Under the pieces are notes generated by a model, which saw nothing but the letters and a program-made list of their open reading frames with translations, was not told where the DNA came from and searched no databases. A DNA stretch of 64,000 nt from Sarea resinae. Lineage: Eukaryota. This document shows, one piece after another, positions 37,684 through 48,874 of this stretch (position 1 is its first letter; every line of letters begins with the position of its first letter). Position numbers and translations under genes: made by a program. The stretch is taken from NCBI GenBank assembly GCA_026026165.1, contig JAPEUD010000005.1:124001-188000 (forward strand). The letters are read 5' to 3'.

Positions 37684-39688
37684 ATGTCGAACAAGCAGCT
37701 TACTCTGACAGGGTGGTTGAAAGTGGGGAAACAAATAGAAGAGTAAGTCTCTCTTTGCCTTATGACCTGTGTTCTTAGAACATTATGTCAGTGATGTGGG
37801 ACCGCCTAAACGCTGTTCAAAGTTCTTGAGAGATGTCAAAACCAGTCCAGAATACTAATACTATGCAGACCTTCGGGTGAGCCAGGGATCTCAAAGACAC
37901 TGTCATCCGATGCATCTGCCTCTGCCTCGACAACTAGGCTTCCCCTCCAGAGGTAAGATAATCGCTCTCTAGGCTTTTGCAATTGCTCCTAGACTCGGGC
38001 TAATTGTACATCAGTGTTTCAGATCGTGCCAACCGTCTCGCAGAGACCTCGACAAAACCTAATGGTATTGACAAATACAGCAAGCCTGCTAAAAGGTCCC
38101 GTTCTCAATCTTCAGCCCCTAGTGACACCCGGTCCCCTCGAGCCAAGTTCAGTCGAGCCAAAATCAGCGAGGAATAGAGTCGTCGAAAACGAGAGATTGA
38201 AAGTCGCCTCGTCAATAAAGGGTGGGCAAAAGACGACCTTGGCAACATGTTCTTGTAAGTAATGCAATAAGGCTCAAGCGTTCACATGTCTGACAAGTTG
38301 TAGGACTAGCCGTGATAGTATTGGAGCTATAAAGCTCCCTGCAACAGCATCTCTGCCGCACAACAATGCTCTGCTCGAGAGTGTCGAAATTGTCCATCCG
38401 TTGACGATTGCCCCTGCGTCACAAAGCTGCAATACTTTCTTCGATCAGAGTTTAGTCGAACGCGTACAGAACTGCTTTGATATGTTCCTTTCTCGCGATC
38501 CAACTCACCTTCATGAAGAGACTCTTGACTTAATCAAACATTTCGACCGAGCAGAGCTGGCCTAAAGGGTCATTGCGGGATGGGCTAGTGGTAAGCCAGC
38601 TCATGTGCAGATCTGTTTGGCTTGGTGTTAAACTGCTTGTAGGAGCCGCCTCGCTAGTCGAGATAGGAGCCGGATGGCATTTGCATGCCGCAAATATGCT
38701 CCCTCTTGTTGACTCCTATGAAAAGTACGCCAAGGGTCTGTATCTGCATGTTATTACTGTACAACATGACGAAGGCTCTTCGACTAGAGTCTATAGTGGC
38801 ATGGCTAGTGGCTTTGAAGGATTCCGCCGTCGAATCCTCCAGGTATACACTCTTTCCTTTACCTTTAATTTCATCACTAAAGCTAAGAGTACAGCATGAG
38901 AATCCCGTTTATCGCGCACGTTATAACAACAACTATCACTACAACGTCATGAAAAGTCCAGGCGCGACTTAGAAATGGCTTGTCTTTAGGACCTACACAG
39001 GCCAGCCTCGAGCCCTTATTTTGCTTGCTGAAGCAGTCATGATTGCTCTGTTAGCTTTGTACACCACCGACAGAAATCTTGCTATGCTTCAAAAGTTCAA
39101 AGTGGTCAAGGATCTTCGCATAGGAACAGAGAATCCGTCAATCAGACTGAATATGGACGCCGGTCTACAGTCAGTATATTTGCCAGTCTGATTTTAATAA
39201 ACTCACTTTAGCTTACTTTAAAAAGATACACAGGATTCTCTACAGCATCAGCCCGAGAAACTCGAAATCAGTTCAACAGACAGAGAGCGCTAAACGCTGT
39301 AACCACAGGCATTGTTGTTCCTGTCACGATCAAGGTCAATGGGTCATATCTTCCGACCCTTTTTCGAGAAATCCACTTGAGATTTTACAAGCATCATCTT
39401 AACAGATACCTGCAAGTTGCTGCGTCAAAGTACCTGATTTGTGTCCTAGATCTTACGCTCACTGGAAAGCATGAGCGTCCCTACTATATTATCGGCAACC
39501 AGCATCCGAATCTCCAAAGATTTGGCATCTGGATACAACCTGAACTTAATGATGGTTTCTGGCTCCAGCAATCTCGGCGTCCAAGGCAGAAAGTAGAGGA
39601 ACTTAGAAAGTCTTGTCAGGACATTCTCTAGCAATATGGGCTGGAAGACTTCGATGAAGACTTAGTGAGGGTTGTCAGGATTCGCTAA
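37684..39688 (+). pseudogene. GIY-YIG endonuclease-like protein with N-terminal PIP-box-like motif, multi-exon, RIP-inactivated
   Basis: Spliced translation: MSNKQLTLTGWLK...KGLYLHVITVQHDEGSSTRVYSGMASGFEGFRRRILQ|HENPVYRARYNNNYHYNVM...LILLAEAVMIALL...IRLNMD...LDLTLTGKHERPYY...RFGIWIQ...FWLQ. The GLY...YSG, R..H, E, N order fits GIY-YIG. Introns include 38255-38303, 38590-38642 and 38843-38894. Stops at ~38175, ~38563, ~38969 and 39629. Confidence 0.72.
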
Positions 39689-40014
39689 TACTGACAGAGT
39701 ACTACCGTTAAAGCTATATCAAGAATCGTCTATAGTAGGAAGTATAGAGGAAAGAGATGTTACAGAAGGTTGTTTGAGATTGCTTCAAGTCGCTTCTCTA
39801 TTGTTTACAGCTTAAAAAGACATGTATTACTCTGTCATGACGCTTGCCTCGGTGTGGCTATTTGCAAAATGTGATTGTATAAAAAAAACTTCAAGATACA
39901 AGATTGTTCATGCAGATATAGCATACCGTGAGACTAATTGATATACTAGAGATACCTTAAGGTGAGACAGTCAAATGATTATCTACATTGTGATAGACGT
40001 GCTTAAGATAGTTA

Positions 40015-40270
40015 AAGCCAAGTTAGATCATTAGGGCTGATCAGGTCATAGATGCGCGCCATCAGGCGAGTTAATAGATAGGCTCTATTAAGCCGATAAT
40101 AAGGATGAGGAGGATGAAGGCTGGTGGGCCCTTGAGGGAGACGTAGGCCGGAGCCATGTCGGGTTGGCTTCCTCAAGCCAGGTTAGATCATTAGGGCTGA
40201 TCAGGCCTGGATACGCTCTATCAAGCGGATGAGGGTGAAGGCTGGTGGGCCCTTGTGGGATACGTACGCC
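40015..40270. repeat. Imperfect direct repeat, ~160 bp period, near the island's right end
   Basis: AAGCCARGTTAGATCATTAGGGCTGATCAGG at 40015 and 40175; TGAAGGCTGGTGGGCCCTTG at ~40115 and ~40236. Confidence 0.85.
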
Positions 40271-40732
40271 ATATCTCGCGACGTAGTGATATGAAGAGGA
40301 GAAGTGAGGTTAGGTCGCGGACGCGGATGTTATGCCCGCGGCGTAGCAGTGGCGACATGTCGCATACACTACTAAGTATCAATACGATGTAAAGATAGTG
40401 GTAGAGAAATTGTAACTAATTTAGTAAATAAGAAACTGGTCTATAGAAAGGATAGCTAGTATGCAGGGAAGCACTGAGACAAAGGCATGCGGCTACATTA
40501 GAGACGAGACTGGCACGCGCAAGCAGATGAACAAACAAAAGAGAAGCACTGCACCTAGACCAACAATGCCGGCTAACGCGCCCAAGCGATTTTCCCAGTT
40601 CTACTACGAAGTAAAGGCCAGCCTTTTCGAACTATCACGGCGACCTGCTCCGCCAGTCGACCTTTCTGTCGCGGTTGGCGCCGTGCTTGGCGCCGTGGTT
40701 CCGACCTTCTTTATCGCCTGGCGTGGCGCCAA

Positions 40733-40817
40733 GTCTAGATGGCTATGGCGTCTGCTTAACAGCGTAACAACAACCTGAAAACGCAGAAGGTCGGGAGTTC
40801 GATCCTCCCTTTGGTCA
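40733..40817 (+). pseudogene. 5'-truncated tRNA-Val(AAC) (lacks nt 1-9; a different isodecoder from copies 1 and 2)
   Basis: GTCTAGATGGCTATGGCG-TCTGC-TTAACA-[GCGTAACAACAACCTGAAAA]-CGCAGA-AGGTC-GGGAGTTCGATCCTCCC-TTTGGTCA followed by a T-run. The upstream ...GTGGCGCCAA cannot form the acceptor stem. Confidence 0.85.
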
Positions 40818-41634
40818 AGTTTTTTTTTTGGTTCTTTTTTCGGCTGCGACGATTTCGGCTGGGTTTGTTTTTGCTGCGATACTATCGCGAAGTAGAATAT
40901 GGTATTTTTACCTTCATTATTTCCAGCCCATGACTCGACGAATAAATTGATGACTCTGCTAGATCTTATTGAAGCTCCTGAAAAGCCCTGTCAACGTCGA
41001 AGACCCAAGATGCATCGAGGGCAAGGGCTCATACGGTAGCTTCTTTAGATCTGAAGCAATAGTGTCGATCATACATACGGCTTTGGCACGAAATCTGTCT
41101 GGAACACACTACTAGATCTTGTTGAGGCATGATATCGATCTTTTCATCTATCAAGCGCCGCGAGAGTTGAAAACTAGTACAATATCATTACAATACTCGA
41201 GAATTACCTCTTTCGAACGTAACAGACAGGTGCTGCCGAGATCAGGCCAACATCGGCTCCGCCAGCACTACTGAAGTAGGTTGCAAAATGTCCTCTCCGC
41301 CCGACAGATACAAGGGACCTGCGCCGCTCGGATGCGAACATGGTGCCGCGATTCATGGGCCCCGCTACCGAGAGGAACGCCTAAGATGCATCCAGATGCG
41401 GCTGCGGAAAGCTTGCCGGCGCATTATTACGGGCGGAGGAGCATGGCAATGCTGCCCCCCCCGCAACCTTCGCATCGCTCCCGATCGGCCTTCATTTTGA
41501 ATGCGATAATACTCGATATCTTGCTTGTATCATGGTTTTTGGGATCTAGACAGACATGTGTGGATGATTTCATCGTTGGCAATTTGGCAACTGGGCAATG
41601 AGAGCATCTTCGTACAGAACTGGAACGTACTTCT

Positions 41635-42562
41635 ATGACGTATATGATGGGCTCGACGGCATCCATTGGGAATGAGGAATCCCGCCTCCTCAGTGCCGGC
41701 AGCAGACGCGAAATCAACGTCTTGGTCACCGGCTTTGGGGTGAGCTCTACCCCTCTATTGCGACATCATTTCCCAGCCGCGACACTGACACGGCAGATTT
41801 TGTTGGTAGGAATTCCGCAGTATCAAAGTCAACCCGTCCTTCCTGATCGTCTCGTCTCTTCCGCCCACCATCCCGCTCTCGCCCCCCACCTCGGACACGA
41901 TCATCAGACTGCACGTGCACCCGACGCCCGTCCAGGTCGCCTACTCGAGCGTCAGCAAGCTCGTGCCGGAGCTGAGCGCCGAATACCCCGATGTCGACAT
42001 CGTCCTGCACCTCGGCGTCGCGGAGCTGCGCAAGTACTTCGCCATCGAGCGCGGGGCGCGCCGGGACGGCTACGTGAAGCTGGACGTCGATGGCAAGACG
42101 CCGAGTGCTGCCGACACGTCGTCGTGGGTTCGCGAGCGGTACCCCGAGTTCCTGAGACCCGACGTCGATATCGACGATGTCTGGAGGCGCTGGCTCTCGG
42201 TCACGCCGGTTTGTCCTTTCCTCTCTCTTCTATACTGTCCGAGGTAGGCCATGAGGGGGTTTGTGCCGTCGATGCTGATTCAATGCCGTCGTTACATACA
42301 GGACGCGGATCTCCGGCCCTCGCCCGACGCAGGCGATTATCTCTGCGGCTTTCTGCTCTACTCGTCGCTAGCGCACGCGTGGGCGCAGGGGGCTCGCGAG
42401 GACAACACGGGCGGAAAGCGGTTCTTTCTGCACGTACCCGGCGGCACGGAAAAGGAGGACATTGAGAAGGGAAGGACGGTCACGATGAATCTGATCCGGG
42501 CGCTGGCGGCATCTTTGGCATTGGAGGGGAAGAAATCCAACGGCGATGCGGGTGAACCGTGA
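41635..42562 (+). CDS. Pyroglutamyl-peptidase I (peptidase C15), 3 exons
   Basis: INVLVTGFG|EFRSIKVNPS, IVLHLGVA, FAIERGA (catalytic E), SPDAGDYLCGFLLYSSL (catalytic C), FFLHVP (catalytic H). Introns ~41740-41809 and ~42209-42301. Confidence 0.92.
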
Positions 42563-43453
42563 TGGACGATATTTGTGGATATGGATGTAGTACACGAGAG
42601 CTTGGGGAGGGTTACTGCTGGCAATTCAAAGGGGGGGGAGGGGGATAGAGTGATTTGCCGTGGTGGTTAATCAGTATGAGATGGGGACTCTATGGGCTCC
42701 TTTTTTCTTTTTAGGATAATGGCTATCCAGCGCCGGCTATAGAGGGTTCTTGCCCAAGAGGATCTAGGCGTTCTAGTAGAGTAGAAGCCTTGGATATCCA
42801 TTCAAGGAGAATGATCTGGGGTGAACCTTATCAATCCAATTTGGTGCGTGCACGGCCAGATTGCCGTCAATGCGACTTTTGCGCCGCTCTCGCTTTTACT
42901 GGAAGCTTCTGGCGAGACAGAGGACAAACAAAGCCTGTCATCCTTGGACTAAAAGTGAGTTCCCAGAGAAGATCGTGAACGACCAGTTGATGTGGCTCGG
43001 GACAGTTGTCTCGTTATCGCTGGGCACGGGGCGAGCAAGTGGCATTGATAAAAAGCGGGGTCGATGTCTGAAAAGGCAAGGTTTGGAACAGAGCAGAGCA
43101 GAGGCCAAATGGTCACAGAAAAAGAAGCTGTTTTGAGGAGATCTTTAGAAGTCCATCTCTTCATGACAGAGAAGAGAGGTTGTAGGGAGAGCTCTTTTTC
43201 GCCACTCGGCTTCTACCTCGCCTCTTTCTCTGCTACCAGATTGGCTGCTTCAGCTCAAGCAAGCCTTAGCTAGGACATAAGAGACGATCAGAGAACATGA
43301 GCCGCGTCCAGTCATCAACCAGGTCGAAGGAGGGTATCAAGCACCAAGGAACAGAGAATGTTGCACGCCGCAAGGTCGGTAAGAATGCACTCCTCTCGCC
43401 TCGATCTTTCTGACTTCTTATTTTATCAAGTTCGTTTGATGGAAGTTGATCCA

Positions 43454-43782
43454 AGGCGTGAGGATGTGCATAAATCCTGCGCAGACGACTAGGTCAGGTT
43501 TGTCTGCGAGAACAAGTGATGCGAGATCTGCGTCGTAGGCTGAGCGGGCGCGGTCAACATCGTTTGGGTAGAGCTTTTTGTAGGACACGAGATTGTGGTG
43601 AGCAGTTGGGATCGAGGCATTCTCAGCGCGTTAGAGGCTGTAGGCGGACTTGTAGTCAGAGATGACGCGGATGATCTGGGCCGGATAGAAGGTCTGTCTC
43701 TGCAGGCGTCGATAAGCGCCTAGAGGTTAGTGCCGTTGCTAGAGATAAGCACTGTCAAGCGCGTCGGATTAGAAGTGGCCAT
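43454..43782 (-). pseudogene. ADE8: Truncated phosphoribosylglycinamide formyltransferase (ADE8/PurN) fragment with RIP stops
   Basis: MATSNPTRLTVLISSNGTNL*ALIDAC...QIIRVISDYKSAYSL*RAENASIPTAHHNLVSYKKLYP...AYDADLASLVLADKPDLVVCAGFMHILTP. Homology ends before the NxHP catalytic motif. Confidence 0.88.
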
Positions 43783-43817
43783 GATAGAGGATAGAGGATA
43801 GAGGATAGAGGATAGAG
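43783..43817. repeat. (GATAGAG)5 heptamer repeat directly upstream of the ADE8 fragment start codon
   Basis: Visible tandem copies. Confidence 0.9.
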
Positions 43818-45985
43818 GTTGAAAGGTGGTCATCGGTGCGGACTTGCAATCATCAAGACCAAAGGTCGTAAAAGCCAAGACTTCAAGACTTCGAGTTGCA
43901 AATTTTGGATGGCGGGGGAGTTTGTTGGTGAACAGTGAGTGTGGAGAAGGCGGTGAGAAGCGATACGGCAGTTTCCATAAGCCCATCAGATTAGCCGGCT
44001 TACGTAACGACGGCAGACTCATCGGGCCCCTCGGCCCACGAACGGCGAAGTCGCAAGTGGATGTTTGATTCTTGTAGAAATGGACTCGTCAGCAGCCATC
44101 GAGTGTAGTAAATTGAACGCATGCGAAATACAGCAGCATTCTTCGCCCTCTGTATAATGTGCCAGATGTGTATACCTTTTTGATATCTACGGCCTTGGAA
44201 AGAGTGGTGGCACTCTCTCAAGGTCTTGACTGTCGCTTTCATTTGTTGTGGTATTTCGATTCTCGCATTCATAGTTGATGTTCAGCTGATATATAGGCCA
44301 GCCTTGAATGTCAGAAGTTGATCTGCCTCGACATATATGATCGTTTTTCTCTCAAGACCGTCTGATGTTTTAGCTCTTGATACTATATATGATCATAATA
44401 CTTTACAGTTGAGCCTCGAAGAGATCCAATCCACTTGCTTAGAAATGCCTCGACCTCTATATCCTCCCTGCCCGTGTTGGGTGGTATCGATGACCCATCT
44501 GTCACTATGAGAGATGACCTGCTGCGCGAATCTCTCAGGCCTAGTTACAACGAAGACGCTGCCAGGGAACCTGCTAGGAGTTGGTATTTGTTCCTGATTC
44601 CGCGTTTGTTTCGTGGCAGTAGCGGACGAGTCCTTGAGAATCGAGATTGATCGTAACCGATGTTTTCGGCGTGTGTCAAACTATCTGAATCAAAAGGAAG
44701 CACTCCCTCAATGAGCTTTTGTCTTTTCGGGTATATATTGGACTCTGACATGCATCTAACAAACTTCGCCAGGCTGTTTGTTCTTTGCTTGAGTAGCAGT
44801 CGCTACAGTAGTCAAGTTGGCTGATATTTGTCCTACCACTATAGGGTTTGCCTGTTCATTATTCTCATGCTTTCCGGAAGCATGTGCTTAAGAGCGGCTG
44901 TGTTTATAGCCTCTAGTACATTTCTGGCAATAATCCCTGATATCTGATGTAGACACTCGCAGCTAAGAGCTATTTGGTGAAGGTTTTACTGATATTAAAT
45001 GAAACAAGATGTTTATCCGACTGGTCCAGGTACGGGAGCATCATCTTGTTAATGTGCTGCATATATCGGATGACCCACAGCCGCATGGCAATTCGAGCAA
45101 ATTGATCGAACAGATCTGGTACAAGTTGAAAGGGCGTATTATAATATATGTAATACACAAAAAGTCTTAATAATTGAGATATCAGAAGAGAGAAGCAATA
45201 TCTCAAAGAAGCTAGGAGTGCGGGACAGTTTTGATAGTGCAGCCCACAGGCCGGGATCGGTGCAGTGAATTGACATGTTTGATTGAAGAATGCAGTGAAG
45301 GGTGAGAGAATGAGATTCAAGTGACGGAGTGAATGAAAATCCTGCAAACAAGGAAAACGCTCGAACTCCCGGCCTTGTCTGATTTTAAGCTAGCCTTGTT
45401 GTTGTAGTAGTTGTTGTTGTTGTTGAATGAGGATGCCGGAAATATCTTATATTCGTTTCGCTAGAAGAAAGCAGTAGAGTAGAAATTCGATATAACTCAC
45501 CGTGCAACTGACCGTACAACCATAGTCCAAGGACACCCCCCGTGTCTGCTTCTTATCTATATATTTCATATTATATTTCAACAGCCTTCAAGTGACGTAG
45601 CAGAAATTTACTATCATTCATCCATTAGGGCGCGTCACTGGATGGTTTTCATTGGCTCTCATTCATTTCGTCTTGATTCCTGGATCGATATAGTAGATAG
45701 TCATGGATGTCAATTGATCCTTCCATCTACAACAAGACGATGGATTTTCCCTCGTGGATTGTTGGTATCGCTGTGCCTGGTTCAATAATGTTCGACTTCA
45801 CTCATTACGCTAATGTCCATCGTCATGGTTGTAATTGATCTAATCTGCTTCTCGCAGCTCGACACTACATAAATGCCGTTCATCTGGACGGCGCTATTCG
45901 TATGCCGTATTCCTGTCCCGAGGGAACAAGCCACTGTCATGGCCAACCTTTCGTCCGTTTTCGCCCATACCTCACTCATTTCTCA

Positions 45986-46322
45986 TTACTTAACGCTCAC
46001 AAAGCCCACGCCGGCACGCGCCTCCCTCACCGCGGCCTTGAGCGCCTGCTCCTCCGTATCCGTCCACTTCACACTAAGTTCATCCCACTTCTTCGTCGCA
46101 TACTCGCGCTTGAACTGCTGTTGTAGTGCCTGATAGTACGCCACGCCACGCGGATCGCCTGTTCCAGTGTAGATGATCAGAGCTGTGCGGGCAGGAAGAG
46201 CGGAGTAGATTTGGTTGATGTGAGATATTGTGCGGGTGACGGTGGTCGTGAGAGTCGCTTTATCGGGGCCGTTGCTCAGAGTGGCGATGGTTTCGCCAGT
46301 ACCGTCACTGGCAGTGGAAGCC

Positions 46323-46358
<36 letters not shown>

Positions 46359-48303
46359 GCGGCATTTCTCTCACGATTATCATTCCACCACCCTCTGAGA
46401 CGCTCAAGCTCGCGCAGTCTAGCCCAGACAAAATCGACACCTGTGGCAGGGACGTCAATATCTACATCCTTGATACTTGTATCACTCTCAACGCAGCCGT
46501 TGATAGCGAGAGAAACGCCCGTGACAACCTCCTCATCACTCTGGCACTTGATGCAGACTCTGGCGGCCGCACCAAATGTCCGTGCTGGATCGCCCCAATC
46601 GACAACAGCGCCAACCTTGCCTTCATCGTTTGGCCGCGCAGAGTTCGGCGGGGCACGCGCGAGCCGTTTAAAGATACTTTCGCTGGAAGCATCAGAGGTG
46701 CCCCATCGCGGTCCCTTTTCGCATTTTTGCTTTACCAGGTCCAGGCAAGCGCGGGCGTCTTCAACGGAGTCGTGACCGGCCGACCCATGGCCTTTCTGGA
46801 TTTCGCGACGGAGGTACTTTTGGGAGAGCCATTTGAGGGAGGATTTCAGAGGGGGTCCGCGAGGATGCTGGTAGAGAATTGATGTGTCGACAATAAAAGG
46901 GTGAGTGAGTTTGAGTGCCGTAAGATCCGAGTTGAGTGAGTGGCCTACAAGGATAGTCTTAGGAGTGAGGATGTCGAGTAATCTTTGTTGGATATCTACG
47001 AGGGAGGTATTAATCGGATCGAGCATTTCCTTTGTGATGCCAGAGTAGCTTTTGGTTTGAAAGTCAGTGGATGCAAGGCCAACCAGATGAATCAGACTTA
47101 CGGAGTGAGATAGTCAATGATCGGGTTCTCAGGTTTGACTAATTTATCGAGAAGAACCTCTCCATCCCATCCAATGATGCTTATTCTGGTGAGCTCCAGC
47201 TCTCCGCCTACAGTCTTGCACATTTCGCAGTCCATAGCCATGACATTTCTACCCGCCGTGACACTGCCTTGTTGAATGTCATCACTTGGGACGTGCGCAT
47301 CCCCCAAATCATCAATTTTCGTATTGACCCACCCGTCTTCTATTGTTTGCTTTGCCATTCGTCGTCTCTCGAGCTCATCAGCCTTTTCTGCTGCGGTGAG
47401 TAAGGCCGGATGCAGAATGTACTCGTTCTCATGGAGCTCCTCCACAGACGCCAGATAGCTGGTGATCGGTGTACGTTTGCTCTCCCAGTCCTTGCTTTCG
47501 AGCGGAGCCTTTGGGCCCTTCATCTTCTCGTCCTCCTTCGACTTCGGCAGCGGCGAATTGAGCATGGCATGCAGGGGCGAGTGCACACGAGAGTATTTGT
47601 CGTCTCCTGGAGCCTTGATAGGCCAAAGAAGAGGGAACATTTCGGCGAGGGGTTTTAGAGCTAGTGGCAAGATATTATGATCAAGCGGGACAGGATGAAA
47701 ATCTGGACTTGGTAACGATGCTTTGCTGTCATTTGTCTGTCCTACATCATCATTTCCCTTTGCTTCAGCCACTTTATCAGTAGTTTCGCTCCGTTGGCAG
47801 TCCAACGCATCTTCGTCCGATGCCCCCACTTTGCCATCCTTTTGTTGAGGGTCGTCTAGGGCGATGCTGCCGTCGAACATGCCTCTTTCCAGCCCGGGAA
47901 CCATGAGGACCACCACTTTCTCAACAGACTTGTGATTACTGACGGAAACGAATCGAGGGGCAGTGGAGTCCGCTAACAAGTAGAGGACCAACCCTTGTAG
48001 GTCACTGATTTTCACCTTCGACTGAAGCTTCGAGAGAGAAGAATGAGTGATGGTGGGATAGTCGCGAGGTGTTTTCTTGCCCAATTTCTGCTTCTTTGAC
48101 GGGCGCTTCTTGACAGTCTGCCATTCGCCTTCCTCTCTCGTACAGTCGTCATCCTGGACTCTGTCATCGGAAGATGTGAGCGTGAAAGTGGGCAGATCGG
48201 GGGTGCGAAGAAGGGACAGGGTCTCTCCGACTCCAAATTGACCATTAGCATTCTGCGATGAGTCTTCAAAGTGCCCGCGCTTGCGCTTCTTGTCTTTGTC
48301 CAT
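45986..48303 (-). CDS. RNA exonuclease, REXO1/Rex1 (Rnh70)-like DEDDh family
   Basis: AMDCEMC, LTRISII, VKPENPIIDYLT|..YSGIT, ILVGHSLNSDLTALKL, PSLKWLS-like SSLKWLSQKYLRREIQ, GHDSVEDARACLDLV. Intron ~47049-47101. A (GCT)n poly-Ala tract lies near the C-terminus. Confidence 0.92.
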
Positions 48304-48874
48304 GCTGGACTTCCAAGTCTTGGACCAGCAGTCCTCGAGCTTTCTTGATATGTGATGAAAAGCTTGAGGTGATGATTAGCGCTCCTCAATAGAAGTCGTC
48401 GTGGCCTCAAATTGATGCATGGCATACAGTCATGAGTGACGGCCTGAAAAAGAAGAAAGACGCGAACTCTCGCAGACGAGATATGCAGTACGAAGCTCCA
48501 AGTAGCCTGGTGGCAGGTTTGCAAGCTAATATACTTAACATGAGGGTACTTACTAGGTAGGTACCATGGTCGGTACGCGTACGAAGTACTTGAAATAGAG
48601 GGAAGGGACGACACCAAGCACAGTCTATTTTGAATCACCCATAGTGGTAACTGTCTTAGTATTTTCAATGGGTAGATGGGATGGCCATCTCTCTATGCTA
48701 CTCATCCCATTTCTGCTTGATAACATCACGAGTGAAGAATGACCGTTGAACCTCCTGTACGCCAGATGCCGTACTTCCACAAAACGAGAGAAACCCGCCC
48801 GAGAACACCCCCACAATGCAAGAAGCCACCACGGACTCAAAATGGCCTGTAGACATCGCACCAACATATGAAGC

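Larger units (their letters stand above)
28880..40732. mobile_element. ~12 kb RIP-degraded accessory island/putative mobile element ending in a disrupted tRNA-Val
   Basis: Lies between tRNA-Val copy 2 with its duplicated flank and a 5'-truncated tRNA-Val. Every gene inside has premature stops; CTAG/TA is visibly enriched; internal tandem repeats; terminal hairpin. The left boundary is uncertain. Confidence 0.6.

Noticed and set aside
31418..39688. Recurrent in-frame TAG stops as stop-codon reassignment or A-to-I-edited premature stops
   Set aside because: Core genes here end normally in TAG (VTS1, CSN1). TAA stops also occur, and catalytic residues carry missense transitions, which fits RIP decay.
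28880..40732. Starship or Dada assignment
   Set aside because: No DUF3435 tyrosine recombinase or DDE motifs could be recognised. This is not fully excluded, because two decayed genes remain unidentified.
28880..40740. Helitron assignment (hairpin followed by CTAG, plus a helicase)
   Set aside because: The CTAG belongs to the tRNA D-arm and is followed by A, not T. The helicase is Upf1-like rather than Pif1-like, and no HUH Rep motif was seen.
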